DNA of 64,000 nt from NCBI GenBank assembly GCA_019745365.1, contig JAIETI010000018.1:4811-68810 (forward strand), read 5' to 3'. A program made the position numbers and the translations under genes. This document shows, one piece after another, positions 40,420 to 50,698 of this stretch. The notes beneath the pieces were generated by a model. It was not told the origin of the DNA, searched no databases, and was given only the letters and a program-made list of their open reading frames with translations. Source of the stretch: Gemmatimonadaceae bacterium (GTDB taxonomy: Bacteria > Gemmatimonadota > Gemmatimonadetes > Gemmatimonadales > Gemmatimonadaceae). The stretch's first letter is position 1. Every line of letters begins with the position of its first letter.

Positions 40420-41610
40420 CTACCCCGCGCTGGGGACGCCCGGTCCGCCAGCGACCGCTGCGGCATGCCGAACCGCCGCCACACTCTCGCCGAGCCGGGT
40501 TGCCGCCTCACGCACGCTGTCATCCTCCGGCTTGGCGCGACGCGCCCCGTCCGGCAGCGTGACGACCTTGCGCTGCACCGACTCCCCGTGCACCGAGACG
40601 GCATCCATCGCTCGTGCGAGTGCCCGGCGCGTCACCGGATAGCGTCGAACGCCGATCGTGGTCGTCTCCCGGAAGAGCGCTTCCTCGCATGCGTCCGCTT
40701 CCGTGGGACGGGCCAACACCTCGACCCGAAATCCCGGGCGTCCTTTCTTCATGAGCGACGCGAGCACGGTCACGTCGAGTGCGCCCGCGCCGCGGACCGT
40801 TTCCACCGCGCTCGCCAACTGTTCGCCGGTGATGTCGTCGAGATCACACGCGAGCACGATCAGCGACTCCCGCGTACCCTGCTCGAGGCTCGCATCGACC
40901 TCCGCGATCGTGATGCGCAGCGCGTTCGCTCGCCCGACGGGATCTTTCGTCCCCGCACCATACCCGCTCTGTAGCGGACGGAACTCTGCCGGTGGCGCAC
41001 CACGCGACAGCACGCGGAGCAGGACCGCGCCGGTCGGTGTCGTCAGCTCGCCGCTCTCCGGCGGCCCCGAGCGAACGGCGATCCCCTCGAGCAGCCGCAA
41101 CGTCGCGGGCGTCGGCACTGCCATGCGACCATGCGCCGCGTCGACGAAGCCATCGCCGAGCGCGACGGTCGTGTTGTAGACCGCATCGATCCCGAGGCGC
41201 TCAAGCCCCCAGATCGTACCGACCACGTCGAGAATCGCATCGACCGCGCCCACCTCGTGCAGGTGCACCCGTTCGAGCGTGGTCCCGTGGATATTCGCCT
41301 CCACCTGCGTGAGCTGGGTGAACGCATCCATCGCCCGCGCCTGAACCTGCGCCGGCGCGCTCGACGCCTCGACGATCGCCTTGATGTGCTTCAGGTGCCG
41401 GCCGTGCGGTTGCGGTGGGATCGTGAAGTCCACCTTCCAGCTCGCAATCTCGCCGCGCTTCACGCGCGTGCACTGCACCCCGACGCCCTCCAGCCCAAGC
41501 GCCGCCGGCAACGCCTCAAGCCACGCCGGCTCCAAACCGAGGTCGAGAAGGGCGCCGAGGAACATATCTCCGGAGATCCCGGAGAACGGTTCGAGGATGG
41601 CGATACGCAT
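40420..41610 (-). CDS. larC: LarC-family nickel insertion protein (DUF111)
   Basis: 396 aa. The N-terminus MRIAILEPFSGISGDMFLGALLDLG and the HLHEVGAVDAI motif are hallmarks of the family. Confidence 0.85.
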   Translation of the reverse strand: MRIAILEPFSGISGDMFLGALLDLGLEPAWLEALPAALGLEGVGVQCTRVKRGEIASWKVDFTIPPQPHGRHLKHIKAIVEASSAPAQVQARAMDAFTQLTQVEANIHGTTLERVHLHEVGAVDAILDVVGTIWGLERLGIDAVYNTTVALGDGFVDAAHGRMAVPTPATLRLLEGIAVRSGPPESGELTTPTGAVLLRVLSRGAPPAEFRPLQSGYGAGTKDPVGRANALRITIAEVDASLEQGTRESLIVLACDLDDITGEQLASAVETVRGAGALDVTVLASLMKKGRPGFRVEVLARPTEADACEEALFRETTTIGVRRYPVTRRALARAMDAVSVHGESVQRKVVTLPDGARRAKPEDDSVREAATRLGESVAAVRHAAAVAGGPGVPSAG

Positions 41611-41688
41611 ACCGGAAAGCTAATCAATCCGGGGTCAGCTAACACCTTGTCCTGACGGGATTTCCCTCCCCTTCCCTCACCCCGGTTG

Positions 41689-42828
41689 TCACCAGCGATA
41701 GCTGGCGCCGCTCCCCGTGTTGAACACCACGACTTCGGCATCCGCCGGGATCAGGCCGGCCGCGCGCTGCTGCCGGAGCGCCGCGAGCGCTGCGCCCCCC
41801 TCTGGGGCGGCGTCGATCCCCGTGCGCGAGGCGAGGTGGAAGGTGTCCCCTCGGATCCCCTCCTCGGAGATCGCGACGGCGTCGCCGCCGCTCTCACGGA
41901 TCGTCCGGAGTACCCACCGGTCTCCGAGCGGGCCCGGAACGCGGAGACCGCTCGCATGCGTCGTCGGGTCGGGCCAAGGGGTGGCGCGATCCGCACCGGA
42001 CTGCAGCGCCTGCACGAGTGGGGCGCATCCCGCTGCTTGGGCGATCACCATGCGGGGACGTGCCGTTCCCGCCGGGAGCCAGCCCCACTGGAGCATCTCG
42101 TCGATCGCCTTCCAGATCCCGATCGTCCCCTCACCCCCGCCGGTGGGGTAGATGATCGTGTGCGGAAGCCGCCAGTCGAGCTGCTCCGCGACCTCATACC
42201 CCATCGTCTTCATCCCCTCCACGCGGTACGGTTCGCGTACGGTGGCGACGTTGAAATATCGAGACGCGGTGGCGAAGGCGAGCGTCGCCTTCCCGGCGTC
42301 ACCGATGTGTCCCTCGACGAGTTCGAGCTCGGCACCGAAGGCACGGATGGTGTTCAGGATCGGTGGCGGCGTGGTGACCGGTGCGTAGATGCGACAACGC
42401 ATCCCGGCCGCGGCGGCATACGCCGCGAGCGCCGCGCCGGCGTTCCCCGCCGTCGGCACACATACTCCGGGCAACCCGAGCGCCTTGGCGCGAGTGACGG
42501 CCATCATCAGCCCACGCGCTTTGAAGCTCGCGGTCGGATTGATCCCTTCGTCCTTGATCCAGAGACGCCGCACGCCGATCTCGGCCGCGAGCGCCGGTGC
42601 TTCGAGCAAGGGCGTCATCCCCTCGCCGAGGGAGACCCGCGCCTCACCCGCGGCGAGCGGGAGTGCCGCCTCGTAGCGCCAGAGCGACCGCTCGGCGGTG
42701 ATCGCGCTGCGAGGCACCGCGGTGCGGTACTCCACGCGCAGCGGCTGCGCGCAATCAGGGCAGAGCGAGGCCAGCCGGTCGCCCGGCGCGCCATACGCAC
42801 ACGAGGTGCAATGGAGGGTCCACATCAT
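41689..42828 (-). CDS. thrC: threonine synthase (PLP-dependent, short form with N-terminal Cys4 motif)
   Basis: 379 aa with the PLP-lysine motif NPTASFKARG, a Gly-rich loop, and N-terminal CTSC...CPDC. Confidence 0.82.
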   Translation of the reverse strand: MMWTLHCTSCAYGAPGDRLASLCPDCAQPLRVEYRTAVPRSAITAERSLWRYEAALPLAAGEARVSLGEGMTPLLEAPALAAEIGVRRLWIKDEGINPTASFKARGLMMAVTRAKALGLPGVCVPTAGNAGAALAAYAAAAGMRCRIYAPVTTPPPILNTIRAFGAELELVEGHIGDAGKATLAFATASRYFNVATVREPYRVEGMKTMGYEVAEQLDWRLPHTIIYPTGGGEGTIGIWKAIDEMLQWGWLPAGTARPRMVIAQAAGCAPLVQALQSGADRATPWPDPTTHASGLRVPGPLGDRWVLRTIRESGGDAVAISEEGIRGDTFHLASRTGIDAAPEGGAALAALRQQRAAGLIPADAEVVVFNTGSGASYRW

Positions 42829-44648
42829 GCGGTTGATTCGGGTGAGAGGGTGCTCAACAATCGCTTCGCGCTCGCCTCAGAGAAGCCGTCGAGCGCGGCG
42901 ATCTGTTCCACAGTGGCCTCGCGGATCCCCTGCAAGGAACCGAAGGTGCGAAGCAGTACCGTCCGCTTCTTCGGACCCACGCCGGGGATCTGCAGGAGTT
43001 CACTGGTGATCGTTCGCATCGTGCGCCGTTTGCGATTGTACCCGACGGCGGTGCGATGCGCTTCGTCGCGGGACTGTTGCAGGAGTCGAAGCGCGGACGA
43101 ACGCCGCGACAGGCGCAGACTCTCGCTCCGGCCTCGGACGAAGACCTCCTCCTCACGCTTCGCGAGCGAGACCAGCGGGAGTTGCGTGAGTCCGAGCGCC
43201 GCGAGCGCCTCGTCCGCCGAGCTCAACTGTCCCTTGCCACCGTCGACGACGACGAGGTCGGGGAGCGGCTTCGCCTCATCGACGCGCCGACGGAAATAGC
43301 GCGTCACGACCTCGCGCATCGACGCGAAGTCATCCGGTCCATGTTCGGGATCGACGCTCTTCACGCGCATCGTGCGATACTCGGCGCGTCGCGGACGACC
43401 GTTCTCGAACCAGACGATCGAGCCGACGCTGTCGCGCCCCTGCGCGGTGGACATGTCGAAGCAGACAAGCGATCGCGGCAACTTCTCCAACCCGAGCACA
43501 CGCCCGAGCTCGTATACAGGATCGGCCGCGCGCTCGTCGGTCTCCTCCTCAGCGAGCAGGAACTCCTCGAGGAGATGCCGTGCATTCTGCTCCGCGAGAT
43601 CGAGCAACTCCCGGCGTGGCCCACGTTGCGGCAGCCGGAGTTGACTGTCATCGAGCACCGTCGGGAGCATCGCGAAGTCCTCCGGTTCGAACGGGAGGAG
43701 CACCTCGCGGACGCGCTCCTCCGCCGGGCGATAGACGCCCACCAGCCAGGCGCGCAGCACCGCCGCATCCTCTTCACCGTCGACGTGCTCGAGCAATCGA
43801 TGCTCGCGCGCGAGGAGCTTGCCGCCGCGGATGCGCAGCCAGGCCACGCACGCATCGTCGCCATCGCGGGCATAGCCGATCACGTCGCGATCGCCTCCCT
43901 CGACCGAGAGGACCACGCTCGGTTCCTCCATCCGTTGCAGATGGACGAACGCATCGCGGAGCTCGGCGGCTCGCTCGAAGTCGAGCGCGTCGCTCGCCGC
44001 CGCCATCCGCGCGCGGACGCGGCGCAGCACCTCGTCCACGCGTCCATCGAGGAAGGCGAGCACCTCTTCGATCATCGCGCCATAGTCGCTCTCGCTCTGG
44101 TAACCCACGCAGGGCGCCTTGCAGCGATGGATGTAGTAGTCGAGACACGGGCGTTCGGGCTGCTCCTTGGGCAGCGCCCATCGACACGACCGCACGGTGA
44201 AGATGCGCTTCACCACGTCCAGGGAGCGGCGCATGGTACCGACGTCGGTGTACGGCCCGAAATAGCGTCCGCCATCCTCCAGCACCCGGCGCGTGACGAA
44301 CACGCGCGGGAACGGCTCCTGCACCGTGACCTTGATGTAGGGATACGACTTGTCATCGCGGAGCATGATGTTGAAGCGCGGGCGATGCTCCTTGATGAGG
44401 TTCGACTCCAGGATCAGCGCCTGCTCTTCCGTCGGCACCACGATCGTCTCGAAGTCCGCGACCCGCTGCATGAGGATGCGCGTCTTGGGGTCCGGATGGT
44501 CAGTCGCGATGTAGTTGCGGACGCGCGAGCGCAGCCGTTTCGCCTTGCCGACGTACAACACTTCCCCGGCGCTCCCTTTCCAGAGATACACGCCAGGCGT
44601 TTCGGGGAGATGGGCGAGGCGAGCGCTGAGCGCCACGCGGTCGAGCAT
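42825..44648 (-). CDS. uvrC: excinuclease ABC subunit C
   Basis: GIY-YIG domain (PGVYLWKGSAGEVLYVGKAKRLRSRV), UVR domain, Endo V-like domain, and a C-terminal (HhH)2 (LLQIPGVGPKK). ATG 44648 shares 1 nt with the murJ stop. The upstream 114 codons are rejected. Confidence 0.95.
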   Translation of the reverse strand: MLDRVALSARLAHLPETPGVYLWKGSAGEVLYVGKAKRLRSRVRNYIATDHPDPKTRILMQRVADFETIVVPTEEQALILESNLIKEHRPRFNIMLRDDKSYPYIKVTVQEPFPRVFVTRRVLEDGGRYFGPYTDVGTMRRSLDVVKRIFTVRSCRWALPKEQPERPCLDYYIHRCKAPCVGYQSESDYGAMIEEVLAFLDGRVDEVLRRVRARMAAASDALDFERAAELRDAFVHLQRMEEPSVVLSVEGGDRDVIGYARDGDDACVAWLRIRGGKLLAREHRLLEHVDGEEDAAVLRAWLVGVYRPAEERVREVLLPFEPEDFAMLPTVLDDSQLRLPQRGPRRELLDLAEQNARHLLEEFLLAEEETDERAADPVYELGRVLGLEKLPRSLVCFDMSTAQGRDSVGSIVWFENGRPRRAEYRTMRVKSVDPEHGPDDFASMREVVTRYFRRRVDEAKPLPDLVVVDGGKGQLSSADEALAALGLTQLPLVSLAKREEEVFVRGRSESLRLSRRSSALRLLQQSRDEAHRTAVGYNRKRRTMRTITSELLQIPGVGPKKRTVLLRTFGSLQGIREATVEQIAALDGFSEASAKRLLSTLSPESTA

Positions 44649-46231
44649 CACCGTACTCCGGGGCGCCGCCGCAGCCGGTGCGTCAGCTCGGTGGCCGCCG
44701 GCACCCCCGCGCGCCACGCCCCTGCGACGTACGTCACCGCGAAGACCGGGAGCACCACCGCCGCGAGCACCCACGCCGGCATCGCACCGAGCATCACCTT
44801 CGCCCCGAATGCGAGTCCGGCGGCGCCGAGCGCCAGCGCCCAGAGCAATGCCACCTCCCCTCGCACGCGCGCGACCGCGCCGATGCGGGCCGCGAGGGCG
44901 CGCCGCAGGAGCGCGAACTCCACCCATGCCGCGAGACCGGCGCTCGCGGTGAGCCCGGCAACGCCCCATTTCGCATCGATCCCGAGCCACCGGGGGAGCA
45001 CGATCGCCCCCAGCCAGCCGAGGATCAACGTCAGCGTGACGCGGATGAGCGCGAATCGCAGCGGCGTCCGGGTGTCGCGCAGTGCATAACAGGTCGAGGC
45101 GTAGAGCCGCCCCAGCGTACCGGCGACGAGACCGACCGCTGAACCCGCGAGCACAGTCCAGAGCCAGAGCACCTGCTCACTCCCGAAGCGCCCGGTGCGG
45201 TAGAGCGCCCCACCGACGACGTCGCCGAGCACGAGGAACGCCACCGCACTCGGGATCACGTAGAACGAGATCCGTCGCAACCCTGCCGCCAGTCGCTCAC
45301 GGAGCACCACCGCACCTTCCGCGTCGGCCGACACCGACGCCATCGCCGGGAGCTCCGCTGCGGAAACCGCCATCCCGAAGAGCGAGACGGGAAGCATCGT
45401 GATGGGCTGGGCATAGTTGAGCATCGCCACGGCACCCGTCCCCATCAGCGACGCGAGCGCGTTGTCGATATAACCACTCAACTGGACCACGCCGCGGCCG
45501 ACGAGGACCGGCGTGAAGCTCCGCAGCACGTCGCGCACCGGTGCCAGCGAGAGTCCGAGTTCGAACCGCAGCGCTCGATCGAGACGCAGCACTGCCGGCA
45601 ATTGGACGGCGAACTGCAGGAACGCACCCGCCACGGACGCGAGGGCGAAGGTCACCGCGAGCGGGGCCTCCTCCTGCCGCGGGCCCGCCACCACCAACGC
45701 GCCGATCAGCACGAGATTCCACGCGATCGGCGCCGCGTACGCGAGGAAGAAGCGTCGGTGGCTGTTGAGCACGCCGAGGCACCACGCGCTCCACACCAGC
45801 AGCCCGACCCCCGGGAACATCACGCGCACGAGCAACACCGTGAGGTCCCGTTTCTCACCGGTGAACCCCGGGGCGATGAACGCGATCAACCATGGCGCGA
45901 CGGCGATCCCCGCGAGCACCATCACCGCCGTCGCGAGGGCGAGCAGCGCACCGATCGCCCCCGCGACGCGTCCCGCTTCCTCCTTCCGCCCCTCCGCCAA
46001 CAAACGCGCGTACACGGGGATGAACGACGCGGAGAGTACCCCTTCCCCGAATAGGTTCTGGAGGAAGTTCGGGATCCGCATCGCGGCGTTCACCGCGTCA
46101 GCCGCCTCGCCGTCGCCGAACCAGTGCCCGAAGAGGCGCTGGCGCAACAGGCCGAGGATCCGGCTGAGGAGGATCCCGCTGAACACCCGCGAGGCCCCGC
46201 CGGAGCGCGGCGTGCTCGCGGGGGCGGTCAC
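44648..46231 (-). CDS. murJ: lipid II flippase MurJ (MviN)
   Basis: Contains SRILGLLRQRLFGHWFG and NFLQNLFGEGVLSASFIPV with about 14 TM segments. GTG 46231 overlaps the bshC stop (GTGA). The 160 upstream Arg/Ala/Pro-rich codons are rejected. Confidence 0.9.
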   Translation of the reverse strand: MTAPASTPRSGGASRVFSGILLSRILGLLRQRLFGHWFGDGEAADAVNAAMRIPNFLQNLFGEGVLSASFIPVYARLLAEGRKEEAGRVAGAIGALLALATAVMVLAGIAVAPWLIAFIAPGFTGEKRDLTVLLVRVMFPGVGLLVWSAWCLGVLNSHRRFFLAYAAPIAWNLVLIGALVVAGPRQEEAPLAVTFALASVAGAFLQFAVQLPAVLRLDRALRFELGLSLAPVRDVLRSFTPVLVGRGVVQLSGYIDNALASLMGTGAVAMLNYAQPITMLPVSLFGMAVSAAELPAMASVSADAEGAVVLRERLAAGLRRISFYVIPSAVAFLVLGDVVGGALYRTGRFGSEQVLWLWTVLAGSAVGLVAGTLGRLYASTCYALRDTRTPLRFALIRVTLTLILGWLGAIVLPRWLGIDAKWGVAGLTASAGLAAWVEFALLRRALAARIGAVARVRGEVALLWALALGAAGLAFGAKVMLGAMPAWVLAAVVLPVFAVTYVAGAWRAGVPAATELTHRLRRRPGVR

Positions 46232-47880
46232 TTCGGGCCGACCAACTGCCCCGCGTGCAACGCGGCCCCCGCGCGCATCGGCGCGAGCAACGCGTCGCCG
46301 TGTCGCGCGAGCATCGGCAGGAAGTTGAGTCGACGCTCCTGCCGCTCGCCCTCCGGGACGAGCGCGGCCCGCACCTCGGCGAGGTCGTGCATCGCGTCGG
46401 CCTCTCGTTGCGCCGCCGCGCGACGGAGGCGGCGCTCCAGCCGCTCCATCCGATGGAGCAGCTGATGGCGCGCGCCTTCGAGGACCGGGGCCGGCACGAG
46501 GGCGCGATCCGCATGCACGGCATCGCGCAGGCCGTCCATCTTCCCATGCACCTCGGCACGCAGCGCCGCGAGCGCGTCGCGCACCGCATTCGCGATCCCA
46601 CGGTCCCCGATGCGCTTCTCCGCGAGATGGGGTACGCGCACATCCTCGACGACCATGCCGAGCCGACCGAGCATACGGTCGATGTTCGGCTCGATCACGG
46701 TGGCGGACCACCGGGGGACGATCAGCGGCACCGGGACGCCGAGCGTGTCCGCCACGGCGCTCACCTGCGCGAAGTACGCGATCTCCCCCGGTCCACCCAC
46801 GTAGGCCACCGTCGGAAGGATCGCACGCTCCACCACGGGGCGGAGGAGCACGTTCGCCGAGAGCACCGCGTCACTCTGCGCCGCCACCTCGGCCGCTTGC
46901 AGAAGGGGGACGCGCTCCTTCACGCCGCCCTGACTCCGGAACACGAGCGAGAGCCGGGGCACGCGCTGCACCTGCGCCCGGAACCCCGTGCGTTCGATCG
47001 CGACGGTGCGGAGCGAGACCGCTTCGTCCACGGCGCTCGCGCGCCGAAGCGCATCGAGGAGTGTCGGGCGCGCTTGCTCGCGCACCGCGGGATGCCACGC
47101 GTCGAGCACGGGAATGCCCAGCGGTTCGAGCAAGGAGCGAAGGAGGCGCACATAGGCGCCCCCGATCGTCGCGCCACGCGCACCGTACGCGTCGCGTGCG
47201 GCGTCGAGCACATGCGGCGCCGACACGGAGCCCGCCGCAGTCGCGAGCGCTTCGAGGACGGCGCGGGTCTCCCCCAGCGGATACTCGGCCATGACCATAC
47301 CATCCGCCCCGCGACGATCCAACGCGAGGTGACGCGCGGTGCCGTCGATGGCGACCGTGGTCCAGCGTGCTTCCTCGAAATCGGCATCGTCGGTCGCCGC
47401 CCAGAACACCGGCGCGGCGGGGATCCCGGTGTCGGCCTCGATCCGGTCCGCGAGTGCGAGCGCGGAGAGCGCCTTGAGGATGGTATACCCCGGTCCGCCG
47501 AAGAGCCCCGGTTGCTGACCCGTGGTGACCACGACGCCGCCCGCGATCGCGACCCGTTCGAGGCGCTCCTTTGCCGCGCCCTTCGCGTCGAACGCGGGCC
47601 GCAGTGACTCCAACCACGCGCGCGCGCCGGAACGCGTCGCTTCGGCGCGCGTGCGCCACTGCTCGACGTTGAGCGGTCGCGGCGGGTACCACCCCTCGGG
47701 CGCGCGTTGGTCGAGCGCGGTCCGGGTGAGCGCACCCCCTTCGAGCGCCTCGGTGAGGAGTCGCGGACCGGTCACGAACAACGCTCGCGGAGGATTGGGC
47801 GTCGCACACGATCTCCGAAAAAGACGAGGGGGCCGACTCCCTCGAAGATAGCGCTCCGCGCGGGGACAATCACCCACCAC
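46228..47880 (-). CDS. bshC: bacillithiol biosynthesis cysteine-adding enzyme BshC-like
   Basis: TTGQQPGLFGGPGYTILKALSALALA and VFWAATDDADFEE match my recollection of BshC signatures. About 550 aa with a coiled-coil C-terminus. Start is uncertain (GTG 47880 or 47877, just after the rlmH stop). Confidence 0.78.
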   Translation of the reverse strand: MVGDCPRAERYLRGSRPPRLFRRSCATPNPPRALFVTGPRLLTEALEGGALTRTALDQRAPEGWYPPRPLNVEQWRTRAEATRSGARAWLESLRPAFDAKGAAKERLERVAIAGGVVVTTGQQPGLFGGPGYTILKALSALALADRIEADTGIPAAPVFWAATDDADFEEARWTTVAIDGTARHLALDRRGADGMVMAEYPLGETRAVLEALATAAGSVSAPHVLDAARDAYGARGATIGGAYVRLLRSLLEPLGIPVLDAWHPAVREQARPTLLDALRRASAVDEAVSLRTVAIERTGFRAQVQRVPRLSLVFRSQGGVKERVPLLQAAEVAAQSDAVLSANVLLRPVVERAILPTVAYVGGPGEIAYFAQVSAVADTLGVPVPLIVPRWSATVIEPNIDRMLGRLGMVVEDVRVPHLAEKRIGDRGIANAVRDALAALRAEVHGKMDGLRDAVHADRALVPAPVLEGARHQLLHRMERLERRLRRAAAQREADAMHDLAEVRAALVPEGERQERRLNFLPMLARHGDALLAPMRAGAALHAGQLVGPK

Positions 47881-47881
47881 G

Positions 47882-48340
47882 TCACTTGTGGTACGGCTCC
47901 CCGCGGACGAGCGTGCCGGCGCGATAGAGCTGTTCAAGGAGCACGAGTCGCGCGAGTTCGTGGGGCACGGTCCAGGGCGCGAGCGCCAGCCGCTGATGCG
48001 GGCGGTTCCGCAGCGGCGCGCCGATCCCGAAGGCGCCGCCGATCACGAACGTCACGTCGCGCGCCGCCTCACGCTCCCGCTGCATCCAGGCGGCGAACGC
48101 CTCACTCGTGTGTGCCACGCCGCCCGGGTCACAGAGCACCAGCGTGCCGCGCACCTTCTCGAGTAGCCGTTCCCCCTCCCGCTCGCGAACGAGGTCCGGG
48201 GACGCCCCACGTGCGGGCTCCTCCCGGACCTCGACCACCTCGAGCGGCCAGTACCGCGCCGCCCGCTTCGCAAACTCCTCGACGGCGTCGCCGATGCCGG
48301 GGCCGCGACAGCGGCCCACGGCCGCGAGCGTCACCCGCAC
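47882..48340 (-). CDS. rlmH: 23S rRNA (pseudouridine1915-N3)-methyltransferase RlmH
   Basis: 152 aa SPOUT protein with FVIGGAFG and the PHELARLVLLEQLYRA motifs. Confidence 0.92.
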   Translation of the reverse strand: MRVTLAAVGRCRGPGIGDAVEEFAKRAARYWPLEVVEVREEPARGASPDLVREREGERLLEKVRGTLVLCDPGGVAHTSEAFAAWMQREREAARDVTFVIGGAFGIGAPLRNRPHQRLALAPWTVPHELARLVLLEQLYRAGTLVRGEPYHK

Positions 48341-48358
48341 CGCTGCCTCGCCAGTCGT

Positions 48359-49663
48359 TTACGCGTAAATGCCGCGCAGCTTGTGCACCGTGGCCACGCG
48401 GTTGATCGACACCATGTAGGCCGCCGTGCGCATGTTCACCTTGTGCTGCAGGCTCAGATGCAACACCTCCTGGAAGGAGCGCACCATGATCTCCTCGAGC
48501 CGCTCGTTGACCGTCTTCTCCGACCAGTAGTAGCCACCGCGGTTCTGCACCCACTCGAAGTACGAGACCGTCACGCCACCCGCGTTCGCGAGGATGTCCG
48601 GGATCACGAAGATCCCCTTCTCGTCGAGGATCGTGTCCGCGCCGGCGGTCGTCGGTCCGTTGGCACCTTCGCAGATGATCTTCGCCTTGATGCTCGCAGC
48701 GTTCTTCGTCGTGATGACGTTCTCGAGCGCGGCCGGGAGGAGGACATCGACTCCCTGCGTGAGCAACTCCTCGTTGCTGATCACGTCGCCCTTGGTGTAC
48801 CCCTCGAGCGTCTTGTGCTTGCGGATATGCTCGATCGCGTCGTCGACGTCGATCCCCTTCGTATTGACGAGCCCGCCGGTGCGATCGCTGATCGCGGTGA
48901 TCTTGCACCCTTGCTGCCGGAGCAGCTGCGCCGCGATCGAGCCGACGTTACCGAAGCCCTGCACCGCGACGGTCGCACCCTTGATGTTCATGCCAAGGTG
49001 CGCGAGCGCTTCGCGCGCCACGAGCATGCACCCGCGCCCCGTCGCCTCACGACGCCCGAGCGAGCCGCCCATCTCCACCGGCTTGCCGGTGGTGATCGCA
49101 TTGACCGTGTGCCCGACGTGCATGGAGTAGGTGTCCATGAGCCACGCCATCACGCGCTCGTTCGTGTTGACGTCCGGCGCGGGGACGTCGCTGTCCGGGC
49201 CGAGGACCTTGATGATCCCCGCCGTGTAGCGCCGCGTCACGCGCTCGAGCTCACCCGCCGACATCTTGAGCGGATCGCAGATCACGCCGCCCTTCGCACC
49301 GCCGAACGGGATGTTCACCACGGCGCACTTCCAGGTCATCCACGCCGCGAGCGCCTTCACCTCGTCGAGGTTGACGGCCATGTCGAAGCGGATACCGCCC
49401 TTCGCCGGACCGCGCGCGGTGTTGTAGAGCACGCGGATGCCCGTGAAGACCTCGACCTCACCGCTGTCGAGCAACACCGGGATCGAGACGATGATCTGCT
49501 TCTCGGGGCTGCGCAGCACCTTGTAGATGCCGGGCTCAAGGTCGATCAACTCGGCGGCGCGGTCGAACCGCGACATCATCGCTTCGAAGGGGTTCTCCTC
49601 GGCGAGGAAGCGGTCCTTGTCGGGGCGGACGATCGGGGTGGTCGGGAGTCGCAGATCAGCCAT
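48359..49663 (-). CDS. gdhA: glutamate dehydrogenase (Glu/Leu/Phe/Val dehydrogenase family)
   Basis: 434 aa with the catalytic Lys motif PFGGAKGG and the GFGNVG dinucleotide fold. Confidence 0.92.
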   Translation of the reverse strand: MADLRLPTTPIVRPDKDRFLAEENPFEAMMSRFDRAAELIDLEPGIYKVLRSPEKQIIVSIPVLLDSGEVEVFTGIRVLYNTARGPAKGGIRFDMAVNLDEVKALAAWMTWKCAVVNIPFGGAKGGVICDPLKMSAGELERVTRRYTAGIIKVLGPDSDVPAPDVNTNERVMAWLMDTYSMHVGHTVNAITTGKPVEMGGSLGRREATGRGCMLVAREALAHLGMNIKGATVAVQGFGNVGSIAAQLLRQQGCKITAISDRTGGLVNTKGIDVDDAIEHIRKHKTLEGYTKGDVISNEELLTQGVDVLLPAALENVITTKNAASIKAKIICEGANGPTTAGADTILDEKGIFVIPDILANAGGVTVSYFEWVQNRGGYYWSEKTVNERLEEIMVRSFQEVLHLSLQHKVNMRTAAYMVSINRVATVHKLRGIYA

Positions 49664-49693
49664 CGGAGTCGGTCGTGAGCCGGATGCCGGCGG

Positions 49694-50698
49694 TCAGGGT
49701 CGAGTTGGACGTCCGAGGCGATGCAGCAGGAGGTCGAGCGCGTCGGCCCCCTCGGTCACCTCGAGAGACTGGGAAAGATACCACGCCTGCGGGGCGGAGG
49801 CAGGCCACCGGTGGACGAGCTTGACGGCGTCCTTCTCGGTGCATACCACCCGACGCCCCGCGGCCTCCTGCAGGATCGACGCGACGTCGGCATCGGTGTA
49901 TTCGTGGTGATCGCGGAAGGCGCGTGCCGAGACCACCGCTCCCGCGGCCCGCAGTTGCGCCGCGAACGCGTTGGGATCGCCGATCGCGCTCACCGCGTAC
50001 AGTGTCTCCCCCTGGATCGTCGACAGCGGGAGCGTCTCACTCCCGCCGACCGCGACCAACGCGCGCGGCGAGAGCATCGCCACGACGATGGGGAGGGTCG
50101 GGGCCACCCGTTGCACGGCGACGCGCACCTCGCGGAGTTGCCCGAAGGTCGCGGCTTTCCGGGTGATGACCACGAGGTGTGCTCGGCGCAGCGCACCGAG
50201 TCCCTCGCGCCAGGGGCCGACCGGGAGTGGCCAGCGCACTCGCTGCCACGCGTCGGCGCTGATGAGCACGATGTCTGCCTCGCGGTCGGCACGCCGATGC
50301 TGGAAACCATCATCGAGGATCGCGATCGTCGCCCCGGACGCTGCCGCGCGCTCAGCCGAAGCCACCCGGTCCGCTCCCGGCACCACGAGGATCCCCGCCC
50401 GCTGATAGAGCGCGACTTCATCCGTGCCGTAGCCGCGCAAGAGCACCGCCGGCGTCGCTCCCTGCGCACGCAGTCGCTCGGAGATCCAACGCGAGACGGG
50501 TGTCTTGCCTGTTCCACCCACCGAGAGATTCCCAACGCTCACGGAGGGGATCGCCAGCCGCAGCGAGCGCCGCCACTCGAGATCGTAGAGCGCGTTCCGT
50601 AGACCGCGCGCGGCGATGAAGAGCAGCGCGAAGGGGGAGAGCAGGATCCGCGCGAGCTGCGGCGCGGCACCCTTGCCGTACCAGAGCCACGCGATCAC
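49694..50698 (-). CDS. lpxK: tetraacyldisaccharide 4'-kinase
   Basis: 334 aa with the SVGNLSVGGTGKTP P-loop and LRGYG and DDGFQH motifs. Confidence 0.9.
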   Translation of the reverse strand: MIAWLWYGKGAAPQLARILLSPFALLFIAARGLRNALYDLEWRRSLRLAIPSVSVGNLSVGGTGKTPVSRWISERLRAQGATPAVLLRGYGTDEVALYQRAGILVVPGADRVASAERAAASGATIAILDDGFQHRRADREADIVLISADAWQRVRWPLPVGPWREGLGALRRAHLVVITRKAATFGQLREVRVAVQRVAPTLPIVVAMLSPRALVAVGGSETLPLSTIQGETLYAVSAIGDPNAFAAQLRAAGAVVSARAFRDHHEYTDADVASILQEAAGRRVVCTEKDAVKLVHRWPASAPQAWYLSQSLEVTEGADALDLLLHRLGRPTRP

